This document shows, piece after piece, positions 43,761 to 52,157 of a stretch of 64,000 nucleotides of DNA. Origin of the DNA: Oscillospiraceae bacterium. GTDB taxonomy: Bacteria > Bacillota > Clostridia > Oscillospirales > CAG-272. Each line of letters opens with the position of its first letter. Position 1 is the first letter of the stretch. The translations under genes and the position numbers were made by a program. The notes under the pieces are model-generated. The model was not told where the DNA came from and did not search any database. It saw only the letters and a program-made list of their open reading frames with translations. The stretch covers positions 15,025-79,024 of the forward strand of contig SVRS01000003.1 in assembly GCA_015064695.1 (NCBI GenBank), in the 5' to 3' direction.

Positions 43761-45551
43761 TTACTTGATCTCCTCAAAATCTGCCGCACCGTGCTTGCAG
43801 AGGGGGCAGACGATGTCCTCGGGGAGCTCGTCGCCCTCATAGACGTAGCCGCAGATCTTGCAGACGTAGCCCTTCTTGCCCTCGGTCTCGGGCTTGGGCT
43901 TGACGTTGGCGTGGTAGTAGGCGTAGGTCATGGTTTCGGCGTCCGAGATGACGCGGGCCTCGGTGACCGAGCAGATGAACATACCGTGAGTGTCGAGGTC
44001 CACGTACTGGTCAACCGTCAGGGACATGAAGGCGTTGATATAGCGAGGCAGGAAGACCAGACCGTTATCGGAACGGAGGGGTGTGCAGTCGGCAAACTTG
44101 TCCACGTTGCGGCCGCTTTGGAATCCGAAGGTCTCAAAGACCTTGAAGGGGGCGTCCACGGTAAGGCAGTTGATATTCATTTTGCCGGTCTGCTTGATGA
44201 CATGGTGGGAGTAGTTCTCCTTATTGATGGTCACGGCGATGCGGTTGGGTGTGTTGGTGACCTGGGTAACCGTATTCACGATGAGGCCGTTATCCTTCTT
44301 GCCGTCGTTGCAGGTGACTACGTAGAGGCCGTAGCCGATCTTGAAGAGAGCGGTCATGTCACTCTTGTTGGCGGTCTCATCCTGCATGGCCAGGTACTCG
44401 CGGCAAAGCTCGTCGGCCAGGGCGTTCAGCTGGGCGGTGCTGTCATCGTTCAGGGCGGACATGATCTTGACGGTGTTCTCAGTGTAAGTGAGATTCTTGG
44501 ACTTCTCCAGCATCCCCTTCATGACCTTGGTGGCCTGGGGAGCCCAGGAGCCGTTTTCGATGAAGGCGACGGTACGGTTAGAGAAATTGCGCTCGGTGAG
44601 GTGATTGATGAATTCCCGCATGAAGGGGAAGATCTCGGCGTTGTAGGTGGTGGTTGCCAGCACCAGCTTGGAGTAGCGGAAGGCATCCTCGACGGCCTCG
44701 GCCATATCACAGCGGGCCAGATCGTTGACCACGACCTTGGGGCAGCCGTTGGCCTTCAGCTTGTCCGCCAGTTTGAGGACAGCCTTTTTGGTGTTACCGT
44801 AGACCGAGGTGTAGGCGATGACGATGCCCTCCTCCTCAGGCTGGTAGGAGGACCAGGTGTTATAGAGGTTCAGGTAGTAGCCCAGATTCTCGGTGAGGAT
44901 GGGGCCGTGGAGGGGGCAGATGGTCTGAATATCCAGGCCTGCGGCCTTCTTAAGCAGGGCCTGGACCTGAGCGCCATACTTCCCTACGATACCGATGTAG
45001 TAACGGCGAGCCTCGCAGGCCCAGTCCTCCTCCACGTCCAGGGCACCGAACTTACCGAAGCCGTCGGCTGAGAACAGAACCTTGTCGGTGGAATCGTAGG
45101 TCACAATAACCTCGGGCCAGTGAACCATGGGTGCGGTAACGAAGGTGAGGGTGTGCTTACCCAGGCAGAGGGTGTCGCCCTCGCCCACGGTCATGCCGTT
45201 CTCAGCGAAATCCTTGCCGAAGAAGTTCTTCATCATGGTGAAGGCCTTGGCGGAGGAGACCACCACGGTATCGGGGTAGGCCTTGAGGAAGTTGACGATG
45301 TTGGCCGAGTGATCGGGCTCCATGTGCTGGACGATGAGGAAGTTGGGCTTGCGGCCGCCCAGGGTGTTCTGGATATTATCCAGCCACTCGTGAGTGAAAT
45401 TGACGTCTACCGTATCCATGACGGCGATGAGGTCGTCCATAATGACGTAGGAGTTGTAGGACATCCCGTTGGGGACGACGTACTGGCCCTCAAACAGGTC
45501 AACCTGGTGGTCATTCACGCCGACGTAGAAAATATCTTTTGTGATCTGCAT
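43761..45551 (-). CDS. flavodiiron protein fused to a flavin-reductase-like domain and a C-terminal rubredoxin
   Basis: 596 aa. MBL-like diiron domain (HMEPDHSAN), flavodoxin-like domain, flavin reductase-like block (YGLYVVTCNDGKKDNGLIVNTVTQV), rubredoxin CKICGYVY...CPLCKHG. Confidence 0.88.
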   Translation of the reverse strand: MQITKDIFYVGVNDHQVDLFEGQYVVPNGMSYNSYVIMDDLIAVMDTVDVNFTHEWLDNIQNTLGGRKPNFLIVQHMEPDHSANIVNFLKAYPDTVVVSSAKAFTMMKNFFGKDFAENGMTVGEGDTLCLGKHTLTFVTAPMVHWPEVIVTYDSTDKVLFSADGFGKFGALDVEEDWACEARRYYIGIVGKYGAQVQALLKKAAGLDIQTICPLHGPILTENLGYYLNLYNTWSSYQPEEEGIVIAYTSVYGNTKKAVLKLADKLKANGCPKVVVNDLARCDMAEAVEDAFRYSKLVLATTTYNAEIFPFMREFINHLTERNFSNRTVAFIENGSWAPQATKVMKGMLEKSKNLTYTENTVKIMSALNDDSTAQLNALADELCREYLAMQDETANKSDMTALFKIGYGLYVVTCNDGKKDNGLIVNTVTQVTNTPNRIAVTINKENYSHHVIKQTGKMNINCLTVDAPFKVFETFGFQSGRNVDKFADCTPLRSDNGLVFLPRYINAFMSLTVDQYVDLDTHGMFICSVTEARVISDAETMTYAYYHANVKPKPETEGKKGYVCKICGYVYEGDELPEDIVCPLCKHGAADFEEIK

Positions 45552-45587
45552 TGTTTTTCTCCTTTGGTGGGTTTATTTAATGTATTT

Positions 45588-45616
45588 ATTATAACACAGA
45601 CGGGAGATTTATGCAA
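45588..45616 (-). promoter_or_regulatory. sigma-A type promoter of the flavodiiron gene
   Basis: Minus strand TTGCAT, 17 nt spacer, TATAAT. An imperfect inverted repeat ATTTGCAA-N8-TTGCATAAAT overlaps the -35. Confidence 0.55.
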
Positions 45617-45644
45617 GAGGATTTTTGCAAATGGCAAGGATTTT

Positions 45645-45689
45645 CCCCAAAAAGCCCCGACCCGTGAGAAAATTCCCACGGGTCGGGGC
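45645..45689 (-). terminator. intrinsic terminator of the XRE regulator gene
   Basis: Minus strand GCCCCGACCCGTG, loop, CACGGGTCGGGGC, then TTTTTGGGG. Confidence 0.8.
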
Positions 45690-45694
45690 AAAAA

Positions 45695-46507
45695 TTATGG
45701 GTTCAAGAGGGTTGCGAGTTCTTTTCTTTGGTCGCTCGTATATTCGTATACGGTCTCCTTGAACCACTTGGTTTCAAGGAAATCTTCCTCAAAGGCATCC
45801 ATGACCTTTTGGGCGATCCTGAATTGCAGGGCGGCTTTTTCGGGCTCTCCCTGCTCCTTCAGGTGCTTACCGATGATGATGAGCATGTCAATCAAGGTTT
45901 CCGCAGACAAGTTTTTCTGCATATGGGCGGCTTTGTAGCTATCCTCACCGTCCAAAAGGGTAGCCATCAATTCCAATTTCGTAAAATAGATCTCGGGAAT
46001 CTTTTCAAGCGTGGGCTTGATGAGATCACTCCGTCCGTTTTCCTTATAGCACAGGGCCAGAATACGGCAGGCATCATATTTTACCTCGTCGTCCTTGGTG
46101 GATTCGATCAGTGTCGTGCACAGGCTGACCACCTCGTCGGCCCGTGTCTGATAATCCAAGGTATAGAGCAGGTTGTTCAATATGATATGGTTCCCCGGAA
46201 ATCTCCGCAAGCCCTCCCGCAGGATGGTCTCGGACCTGGTCGGGTCGGTATATCGGTATTTCCAAGCCTCATGGCAAATTTCTTCGACCTGTTTTTCGGT
46301 CTCATACAGATTGAAGTCGAAAAGCTCGTCGGTGGAGACCCCGAAAAAGGATGCGATGGCGGGGATCAGGATGACGTCGGGCATGGTGCTTCCGTTCTCC
46401 CATTTGGAAACGGCTTGAAACGACACGCCGAGGTAGCTTGCAAGCACCTCCTGGGATATGTTTTTCTGTTTTCTGAGTGTTTTGATCTTTTCTCCAAGTC
46501 TAATCAT
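45695..46507 (-). CDS. XRE-family HTH transcriptional regulator with a TPR-like C-terminal domain
   Basis: HTH_3 N-terminus IKTLRKQKNISQEVLASYLGVSFQAVSKWENG. About 200-aa helical-repeat C-terminus. Confidence 0.8.
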   Translation of the reverse strand: MIRLGEKIKTLRKQKNISQEVLASYLGVSFQAVSKWENGSTMPDVILIPAIASFFGVSTDELFDFNLYETEKQVEEICHEAWKYRYTDPTRSETILREGLRRFPGNHIILNNLLYTLDYQTRADEVVSLCTTLIESTKDDEVKYDACRILALCYKENGRSDLIKPTLEKIPEIYFTKLELMATLLDGEDSYKAAHMQKNLSAETLIDMLIIIGKHLKEQGEPEKAALQFRIAQKVMDAFEEDFLETKWFKETVYEYTSDQRKELATLLNP

Positions 46508-46649
46508 GGTAGTTCCTCCAAATTGTTTTTGGATCAGCGCTTATCCTGGTTCTATTATAGCACATTTCGGGAGGAAATCAATAACTTATTTGGGGAGAAA
46601 AATTCTAACAGGGGTTGAGGAGCGGTTGGCCCTATGGGGAATTTTTTGA

Positions 46650-46689
46650 CCGAAAATATCACGACCCGTGAGACAATTCCCACGGGTCG
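46650..46689 (-). terminator. terminator hairpin nearly identical to 45645-45689
   Basis: CGACCCGTGAGACAATTCCCACGGGTCGG differs from the 45659-45687 copy at one loop base. A T-rich tail (GTGATATTTTCG) follows on the minus strand. Confidence 0.55.
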
Positions 46690-46707
46690 GTTCCTTTTTC
46701 GAGCCTC

Positions 46708-46923
46708 ATACTAATCCTTAAACAAAACATTGAATAGGAGAGCGTGCCTCCGGCGGCCAAGAACCTTTCTGTAGAAAGGTTCTTGGAACTCCAAAGACTT
46801 TATCACAAATGAAATTTGGGGCACTTCCCGAAGGAAAGGTAGGACTCGGAATCCCCCATGGGGCCCCTCCCCCATTGGTGTGGGGAACGCAGATTATTCA
46901 AGAATTTAATAAAGGATTAGTAT
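46708..46923. repeat. copy B of the modular repeat family, bounded by a 12-bp perfect inverted repeat
   Basis: ATACTAATCCTT (46708-19) and AAGGATTAGTAT (46912-23). Internal GGAGAGCGTGCCTCCGGCGG (46737-56) and CCAAGAACCTTT..AAAGGTTCTTGG (46757-86). Confidence 0.7.
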
Positions 46924-47336
46924 CAAGTATGCTGATACACATGTTCACGTCCGTACAGGATCAACTGCCCGAGCTGCTCGCCGTAACGGTGCATATACGC
47001 CACCAGTATCCAGCAAGGCAGGAGGCAGAGGATGACCACCGCCACGGCAATCAGCAGGTTGAGCCACCTGCGTCGGGCATTGGCTACCGTACAGAACCAC
47101 AGAGCCGCCGCGACACACAGCAGGATCATTGACACCATCATAACGATTCCTATGGCGGGTAACTCGTAAGGGCGATGATATACGTCTCCAAAGAACGCCC
47201 CGTTGGTGCCCATGATCCATATCCCGCAGTGAAGGCACGCCGTCCCGAACAGGGTACACAGCACGGCGTAGATCAGGGCTTTGACCGAAAAGGGGGCGGT
47301 CGGCTTGGTCGAGGTCAGGGCGCACAAGAATTTCAT
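46923..47336 (-). CDS. hypothetical membrane protein (137 aa, about 4 TM)
   Basis: Intact ORF downstream of trpS. AAAGGAG RBS. Hydrophobic throughout. Confidence 0.5.
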   Translation of the reverse strand: MKFLCALTSTKPTAPFSVKALIYAVLCTLFGTACLHCGIWIMGTNGAFFGDVYHRPYELPAIGIVMMVSMILLCVAAALWFCTVANARRRWLNLLIAVAVVILCLLPCWILVAYMHRYGEQLGQLILYGREHVYQHT

Positions 47337-47442
47337 GGTTTTGCGGTCTCCTTTCGAGGTGAAATACGTCTTTCACTTATATAGACAGCAAAGAAATGCA
47401 AATCTTACGCTGAAAAAGAGGAATTTACAGAATATTCACGTT

Positions 47443-48444
47443 TTATCGGATCTGGACGAAGCCCAGCTTCTTCTGGACCTTGGACAGGGTTCTGCGGGCT
47501 ACGTAGGAGGCCTCCTCGGCGCCCTTCTTCATTTGGGCCTCCAGCTGGGCCTTGTCGGACATATAGCACTTGAACTTCTCCTGGACGGGTGCCAGGGCGT
47601 CGGCGCAAACCTCGCCCACGGCCATCTTGAAGTCGCCGTAGCCCTTGCCCTCAAACTCACGCTCGATCTCGTCCAGGGTCTTGCCCGTGAATACCGAGTA
47701 GATGGTCATGAGGTTGTTGATGCCGTCCTTGCCCTCGGCGTAGCGGATGCAGGTATCCGAATCGGTGACAGCACGCTTGAATTTACGGATGATGGTATCG
47801 CGGTCGTCCAGGATATAGACCACGGCGTTGGTGTTCTCGTCGGACTTGCTCATCTTCTTGGTGGGATCGGCGAGGGACATGATCTTGGCACCGCTCTTGG
47901 CCATGATGGGCTCGGGGATGGTGAAGGTATCGGGGTAGAGCTGGTTGAAGCGGGTGGCAATGTCGCGGCAAAGCTCCACGTGCTGCTTCTGATCGATACC
48001 CACGGGCACCACGTCGGTCTGGTAGAGCAGGATGTCGGCGGCCATCAGCACGGGGTAGGTAAAGAGTCCTGCGTTGATGTTGTCGGCGTGCTTGGCCGAC
48101 TTATCCTTAAACTGGGTCATGCGGGACAGCTCACCGAAGCCGGTGAAGCAGTTGAGCAACCAAGCCAGCTCGGCATGCTCCTTGACGTGGGACTGGACGT
48201 AGAGGGTATTCTTCTCGGGGTCCAGGCCGCATGCCATGTAGAGAGCCAGGGTCTCGTAGGTGCGGCGGCGGAGGTCGGCGGGGACCTGGCGGACCGTGAT
48301 GGCATGCTCATCCACCACGCAGTAGAAGCACTTATACTTCTCGGAGTAGGCGGAGAAATTCTTGATGGCGCCCAGGTAGTTGCCAATGGTCAAATTACCG
48401 CTGGGCTGAACGCCTGAAAAAGAAACGGGTGTGTTCTGAAACAT
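47443..48444 (-). CDS. trpS: tryptophan--tRNA ligase
   Basis: 333 aa. HIGH-region variant GNLTIGNYLG, KMSKS. Preceded by a T-box leader with a UGG specifier. Confidence 0.95.
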   Translation of the reverse strand: MFQNTPVSFSGVQPSGNLTIGNYLGAIKNFSAYSEKYKCFYCVVDEHAITVRQVPADLRRRTYETLALYMACGLDPEKNTLYVQSHVKEHAELAWLLNCFTGFGELSRMTQFKDKSAKHADNINAGLFTYPVLMAADILLYQTDVVPVGIDQKQHVELCRDIATRFNQLYPDTFTIPEPIMAKSGAKIMSLADPTKKMSKSDENTNAVVYILDDRDTIIRKFKRAVTDSDTCIRYAEGKDGINNLMTIYSVFTGKTLDEIEREFEGKGYGDFKMAVGEVCADALAPVQEKFKCYMSDKAQLEAQMKKGAEEASYVARRTLSKVQKKLGFVQIR

Positions 48445-48743
48445 GATAATATCCTCACTTTTTTATCAAAATTAAAAGTCCCCGACAGAATACTGTCGGG
48501 GACGAATTTACAAAAATCCGCGGTACCACCCACGATTGAGGGACATCCCAGATCGGTGCTTCCCTCCTCTTTACGCATAACGGTGCGCGGCCGTCAGAGA
48601 CTACCCCGAAGCAATCCGCCTCGGCTCGGTCCGCCCTCGGAAGTCCATTCCCGCAGGCTCCGTCCCGCGTTTCCAGCATCGGCGGGTCTCTGTATCGGAG
48701 GGGGTGCGGTACTATTCTTCGTCATAGGTTTTTTACAAATATG
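48445..48743 (-). promoter_or_regulatory. T-box riboswitch leader, Trp-specific
   Basis: On the minus strand: Stem I start GACGAAGAATAGTAC, AGAGA bulge, GGGAA-UGG-A specifier context, T-box AATCGTGGGTGGTACCGCGG (plus 48519-38), terminator GTCCCCGACAG-TATTC-TGTCGGGGAC plus a T run (plus 48479-48503). Confidence 0.85.
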
Positions 48744-48749
48744 TGTTAT

Positions 48750-48778
48750 ATCATAGCACATTTTGCGTGATTTGTCAA
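48750..48778 (-). promoter_or_regulatory. sigma-A type promoter of the T-box/trpS transcript
   Basis: Minus strand TTGACA, 17 nt spacer, TATGAT. Confidence 0.6.
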
Positions 48779-48808
48779 GCGTTTTTTGGATTTTCCATAT
48801 AAAAAATA

Positions 48809-48837
48809 TTGACAGAAAGGAAATAAAATGATATAAT
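48809..48837 (+). promoter_or_regulatory. sigma-A type promoter
   Basis: TTGACA, 17 nt spacer, TATAAT. Confidence 0.55.
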
Positions 48838-48870
48838 GACGGTAACGACATATTTGAAAGGAGTTCTGCC

Positions 48871-49308
48871 ATGACCCGATTCGCTTATCCCCAATGCATA
48901 CGCCGTGATTTCACCTCCGGTTTGGTCGTAACGGTAATTATGGGTATTATTGTGTTTTTTTCACCAAAATCCTGGGTTCTTGTGCCGCTACCGCTCATTG
49001 TCTTCACCGCTGTTCCCCTTATATTATGGCGTAACGCCTTTTCCCGTGTAACCATTGATGAAAACGGTATCCGAAATAAATACATCGGGTTTACTTGGGA
49101 CGAGATGGAGGACTACAAAATCATCGAGGTTCCCATTCCCTATCGTAGCCTGATTCCTTATAAGCGAGAGGATATCATTTGTTGGGGAAAAATCCCCGAA
49201 AATCGCTCGTTCTTATGCTTGAACCCCCGAGAATCCGTGTTCATCGCCATGGACAAGCAGGCCAAGGAAGCTATGGCTTCCTTTTCCAAGAATCAGTTTC
49301 GTGTTTAA
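48871..49308 (+). CDS. hypothetical membrane protein (145 aa; two TM helices plus a small soluble domain)
   Basis: Intact ORF. GAAAGGAG RBS. The topology resembles bacterial PH-domain (YdbS/T-like) proteins, but this is weak. Confidence 0.5.
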   Translation: MTRFAYPQCIRRDFTSGLVVTVIMGIIVFFSPKSWVLVPLPLIVFTAVPLILWRNAFSRVTIDENGIRNKYIGFTWDEMEDYKIIEVPIPYRSLIPYKREDIICWGKIPENRSFLCLNPRESVFIAMDKQAKEAMASFSKNQFRV

Positions 49309-49331
49309 TACCAGTCGCCATACCGCACTTG

Positions 49332-49370
49332 AAAAGGAGCATCTGATTGACGGACGCTCCTTTTACGTTT
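49332..49370. terminator. bidirectional terminator hairpin between convergent genes
   Basis: AAAAGGAGC, 15-nt loop, GCTCCTTTT. Confidence 0.55.
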
Positions 49371-50023
49371 TAGTTCTCGGCATTCTCCACGATCTTCATA
49401 GTCATCTCACACCGCTCGGCTCTCGCTCCGCGGATCTCGATGATATAGTCCAGCTTCAGCTCCCCCTCGGTGTCCAGGCGGTTATCTACAGTCAGGGCGT
49501 GAATGCCGATGAAGAAGGGCATATAGGGTGTGTCGTAGGTGCAGATGGCGCGGTGGTGGGCCTTGAAGGTCATGGCGGTGGAGACCATGCCTGTGCGGAG
49601 CATGGTGACCAGGCCTCTGTCGGCGGTGCGGTAGGTAATGGTGGATCGAGTGCCCGCCATACCGGTCAGCTCGGTCTCGTCGTAGCTGATGGCAACGGTG
49701 TAGGAGGGCTCCTCGGTGAAACCGCCGTCGGGGGTAATGGTCAAGATCCCCTCGGTGATGAGGTCGATCTTCTCGATGGACTCGTTCTCCTCCCCCTGCT
49801 TTTTGGCACGGAGAACAGAGGGGTCAGCAGGCTTGACAAAATAGCCTTCCTCACTTTGGTCGTCGGTAAAAATGCCCATGAGCATCTCCTCAGCGGAGGA
49901 TACGGGCTGGGGGACTTGGTCGGCCAGGTCACCGAAGACCGAATCAAAGAGGGATGCGGCGACCTCGTATCTCTCGGAGGTCATAGAGATACGAATATGC
50001 TTGAGGGTGGTTTCTTGGAGCAT
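49370..50023 (-). CDS. DUF1934 (YwiB-like) domain protein with an N-terminal extension
   Basis: C-terminal ~110 aa (ITYRT..LVTMLRTG..MTFK..ICTYDTPYMPFFIGIHALTV..GELKLDYIIE) follows the DUF1934 pattern as I recall it. Confidence 0.45.
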   Translation of the reverse strand: MLQETTLKHIRISMTSERYEVAASLFDSVFGDLADQVPQPVSSAEEMLMGIFTDDQSEEGYFVKPADPSVLRAKKQGEENESIEKIDLITEGILTITPDGGFTEEPSYTVAISYDETELTGMAGTRSTITYRTADRGLVTMLRTGMVSTAMTFKAHHRAICTYDTPYMPFFIGIHALTVDNRLDTEGELKLDYIIEIRGARAERCEMTMKIVENAEN

Positions 50024-50080
50024 GGCTGTTTCCTTTCGGTTGTAGGTGTTTTTAGAGGTTCCCTTTAGAGATACCCTTAT

Positions 50081-50109
50081 ATCATATCATGCTTCCTGCA
50101 TTTTTGCAA
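50081..50109 (-). promoter_or_regulatory. candidate promoter of the DUF1934 gene
   Basis: Minus strand TTGCAA, 17 nt spacer, TATGAT. Confidence 0.4.
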
Positions 50110-50178
50110 GGGGATACGGCGAAAAAATATGGATTTACAAAGAAATTCTCCTACATTCGTAAACATTTTTAAAAAAAC

Positions 50179-50207
50179 TTGCTTTTTTTCCACAGTTGTG
50201 TTATAAT
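50179..50207 (+). promoter_or_regulatory. sigma-A type promoter of the cotH-like gene
   Basis: TTGCTT, 17 nt spacer, TATAAT (TGt extended). Confidence 0.5.
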
Positions 50208-50272
50208 GAATTTGTGTATGCTTTGACACATGCCGTTCGTTCTCCATCATTCTGCATATAAGGATACAGTAT

Positions 50273-51664
50273 ATGAAAAAACAAGGTTCCCTTCGTCTGC
50301 TTTTCTGCAGCCTTATCCTGGCAGTCCTGCTGTCGGGCTGTCGTTTTTCTCCCTCCGGGTCGGATTCCACCGAATTCCCGGACACCGGACTATCCCCCGA
50401 AGATACCACGAGTGATTCCTCGCTTCCCGTCTTTAACCCGGCTGACTCCTCCCTCCCCTGCATTTCTATTGAGACCGAGGATGGCCAACCCATCACCTCG
50501 GGCTCTCGGTATAAGAACGCGACCCTATCCGTTTCGGGCGCGAAATACGCCCACCACAATCTGACCCTGGATACCCAGATTCGAGGACGGGGACACTCCT
50601 CCTTTGATGGGAAAGCCCCCCAAACCGACTACGCCAGCAAGAATTCCTACCGCATTAAGCTGTCGCAGAAGGTCAACCTGCTGGGCGTTGGAGAAACCTC
50701 AGACAAGGATTGGGCGCTTATTTCCTGCAAATACGATATTTCCGCCATGCGGAACTATTTGGTATGGCACCTGGCCGAGCAAATGGGCACCATTCCCTAC
50801 GTCCCCTCTTTTACATGGGTCAATCTATACGTAAACGGAGACTTCCGTGGGATGTATACTCTGGTCGAGGTGATTGAGGTTGCCTCGGATCGCGTAGATA
50901 TTGACGAGAGCCCTTCCACCGACCCCAATACCGTGGGATATCTGTTGGAATACGATCTTCGCGGTGCTTACCAATCAGGCGCGAAAGAAGGCCTTACCTA
51001 CTTTTACGTTCCCGGTCTTGACGAAACCTTTGCCTGGAGCATTCAAAGCGAGGTATACAACGAGGATGTCACCGCCGCCATACGGGAGCATATCATCGCC
51101 TGCAACGAAGCCATTTTGAGCGGGGACAAGGGTCGCATGGAGGCTCTGGTCGATATGGATGCCTTCGTGGATATGTTCATTCTTCAAGAGTTATCCAAAA
51201 ACCCCGATGCGGGTTGCTCCAGCTTTTACATGCAACGGGATACCGGCGGAAAGCTTTGTCTGACCGCGCCCTGGGATTTTGATTTCGCCATGGGCACCTA
51301 TAGCGTATCCCAAACCACCTCCGGTCTGGTTGCTGACGGTGAGGGCGTTCAATCCCATCCTTGGTTCGAATTCCTCACGACTCAACCCTGGTTCATGCAG
51401 ATTGTTTCAGAGCGCATGGAAGAGGTTGCCCCCATGGTAGATAAAACCTTGACGGAGATCAACCGCATGATGCCCATTCTGAAGCCCGCCGCTGATTTGA
51501 ATCACGCACGATGGAACGTGTATGGTGTAAAATTTTCCATCTACCCCTCTGATCAGGTCTCGGTCAAGCTGAAGAGCTATGAGGAGCACGTAAATTTCCT
51601 GGTCTCCTGGGTGGAGCGCCGTTGGGATAAGCTGAACCGTGAGGTAGAAAACCGGGCAGATTAA
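50273..51664 (+). CDS. CotH kinase family lipoprotein
   Basis: Lipobox LLSGC. CotH-like blocks YRIKL, DWALISCKYDISAMRNYL, VNLYVNGDFRGMYTLVE, APWDFDFAMG. Confidence 0.7.
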   Translation: MKKQGSLRLLFCSLILAVLLSGCRFSPSGSDSTEFPDTGLSPEDTTSDSSLPVFNPADSSLPCISIETEDGQPITSGSRYKNATLSVSGAKYAHHNLTLDTQIRGRGHSSFDGKAPQTDYASKNSYRIKLSQKVNLLGVGETSDKDWALISCKYDISAMRNYLVWHLAEQMGTIPYVPSFTWVNLYVNGDFRGMYTLVEVIEVASDRVDIDESPSTDPNTVGYLLEYDLRGAYQSGAKEGLTYFYVPGLDETFAWSIQSEVYNEDVTAAIREHIIACNEAILSGDKGRMEALVDMDAFVDMFILQELSKNPDAGCSSFYMQRDTGGKLCLTAPWDFDFAMGTYSVSQTTSGLVADGEGVQSHPWFEFLTTQPWFMQIVSERMEEVAPMVDKTLTEINRMMPILKPAADLNHARWNVYGVKFSIYPSDQVSVKLKSYEEHVNFLVSWVERRWDKLNREVENRAD

Positions 51665-51722
51665 TCACTTATAGAAAGCTCTGAATCGTCAGCGTGCAAA
51701 CATCGGTAATTATTCAAGATGC

Positions 51723-51765
51723 AAAAAATCCCTTCGCGTAGGAGATCCTACGTGAAGGGATTTTT
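51723..51765. terminator. bidirectional intrinsic terminator
   Basis: AAAAAATCCCTTCGCGTAGGA / TCCTACGTGAAGGGATTTTT long hairpin flanked by an A run and a T run, between convergent genes. Confidence 0.75.
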
Positions 51766-51843
51766 GATACGCCCACAAGGCGGGTAGCCGAAAGCATTAT
51801 GCTGATTTTCGTGCGTTGAATTCTTCAAGGTACCCTTATATTT

Positions 51844-52134
51844 TCAGGCTCCGGCCTTCATCAGCTTCACCCGCAGCTCCAGCTCCACAATGGTGTGGGT
51901 CAGCTCCGTGATCTCGGTGATTGTAGCGGCAATGGCGTTCTCAATATCCTCCGGAACGTCGCCGTTACGGGGGCGGTACTTGGAGTAGGACAATTCACCC
52001 AAGCGGGTGTACGCATTTTTCCGTTTCGTCTTTGCCTGACTCAGCTTGAACTTCAGCGATGCGATATCCGCCGCCTTCCCCAGACCCTTTTTCACCCCAT
52101 CCATCGCGGGAGAATTTTTCTTTTCCTGTGCCAT
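51844..52134 (-). CDS. hypothetical small basic/coiled-coil protein (96 aa)
   Basis: Intact ORF with an AAAGGAAA RBS-like sequence. Confidence 0.45.
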   Translation of the reverse strand: MAQEKKNSPAMDGVKKGLGKAADIASLKFKLSQAKTKRKNAYTRLGELSYSKYRPRNGDVPEDIENAIAATITEITELTHTIVELELRVKLMKAGA

Positions 52135-52157
52135 AATTCGTTTCCTTTACTTTCTGC

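Noticed and set aside
43731-45071. 446-aa ORF antisense to the flavodiiron gene
   Set aside because: Same reasoning. It starts inside the MITE-like repeat and has low-complexity GVLD-rich composition, while the opposite strand encodes a clear multi-domain FDP.
46634-46714. 26-codon ORF (MGNFLTENITTRETIPTGRFLFRASY) as a possible signalling peptide for the XRE-TPR regulator
   Set aside because: It has no signal sequence or hydrophobic SHP-like character, and the spacing to GAGGAG is long (11 nt). The sequence is just the terminator hairpin read in one frame, and the same peptide-like string appears at the other hairpin copy.
51355-51375. GGTTCGAATTCC, a tRNA T-arm-like string
   Set aside because: It lies inside the cotH-like coding frame with no acceptor or anticodon arms around it.
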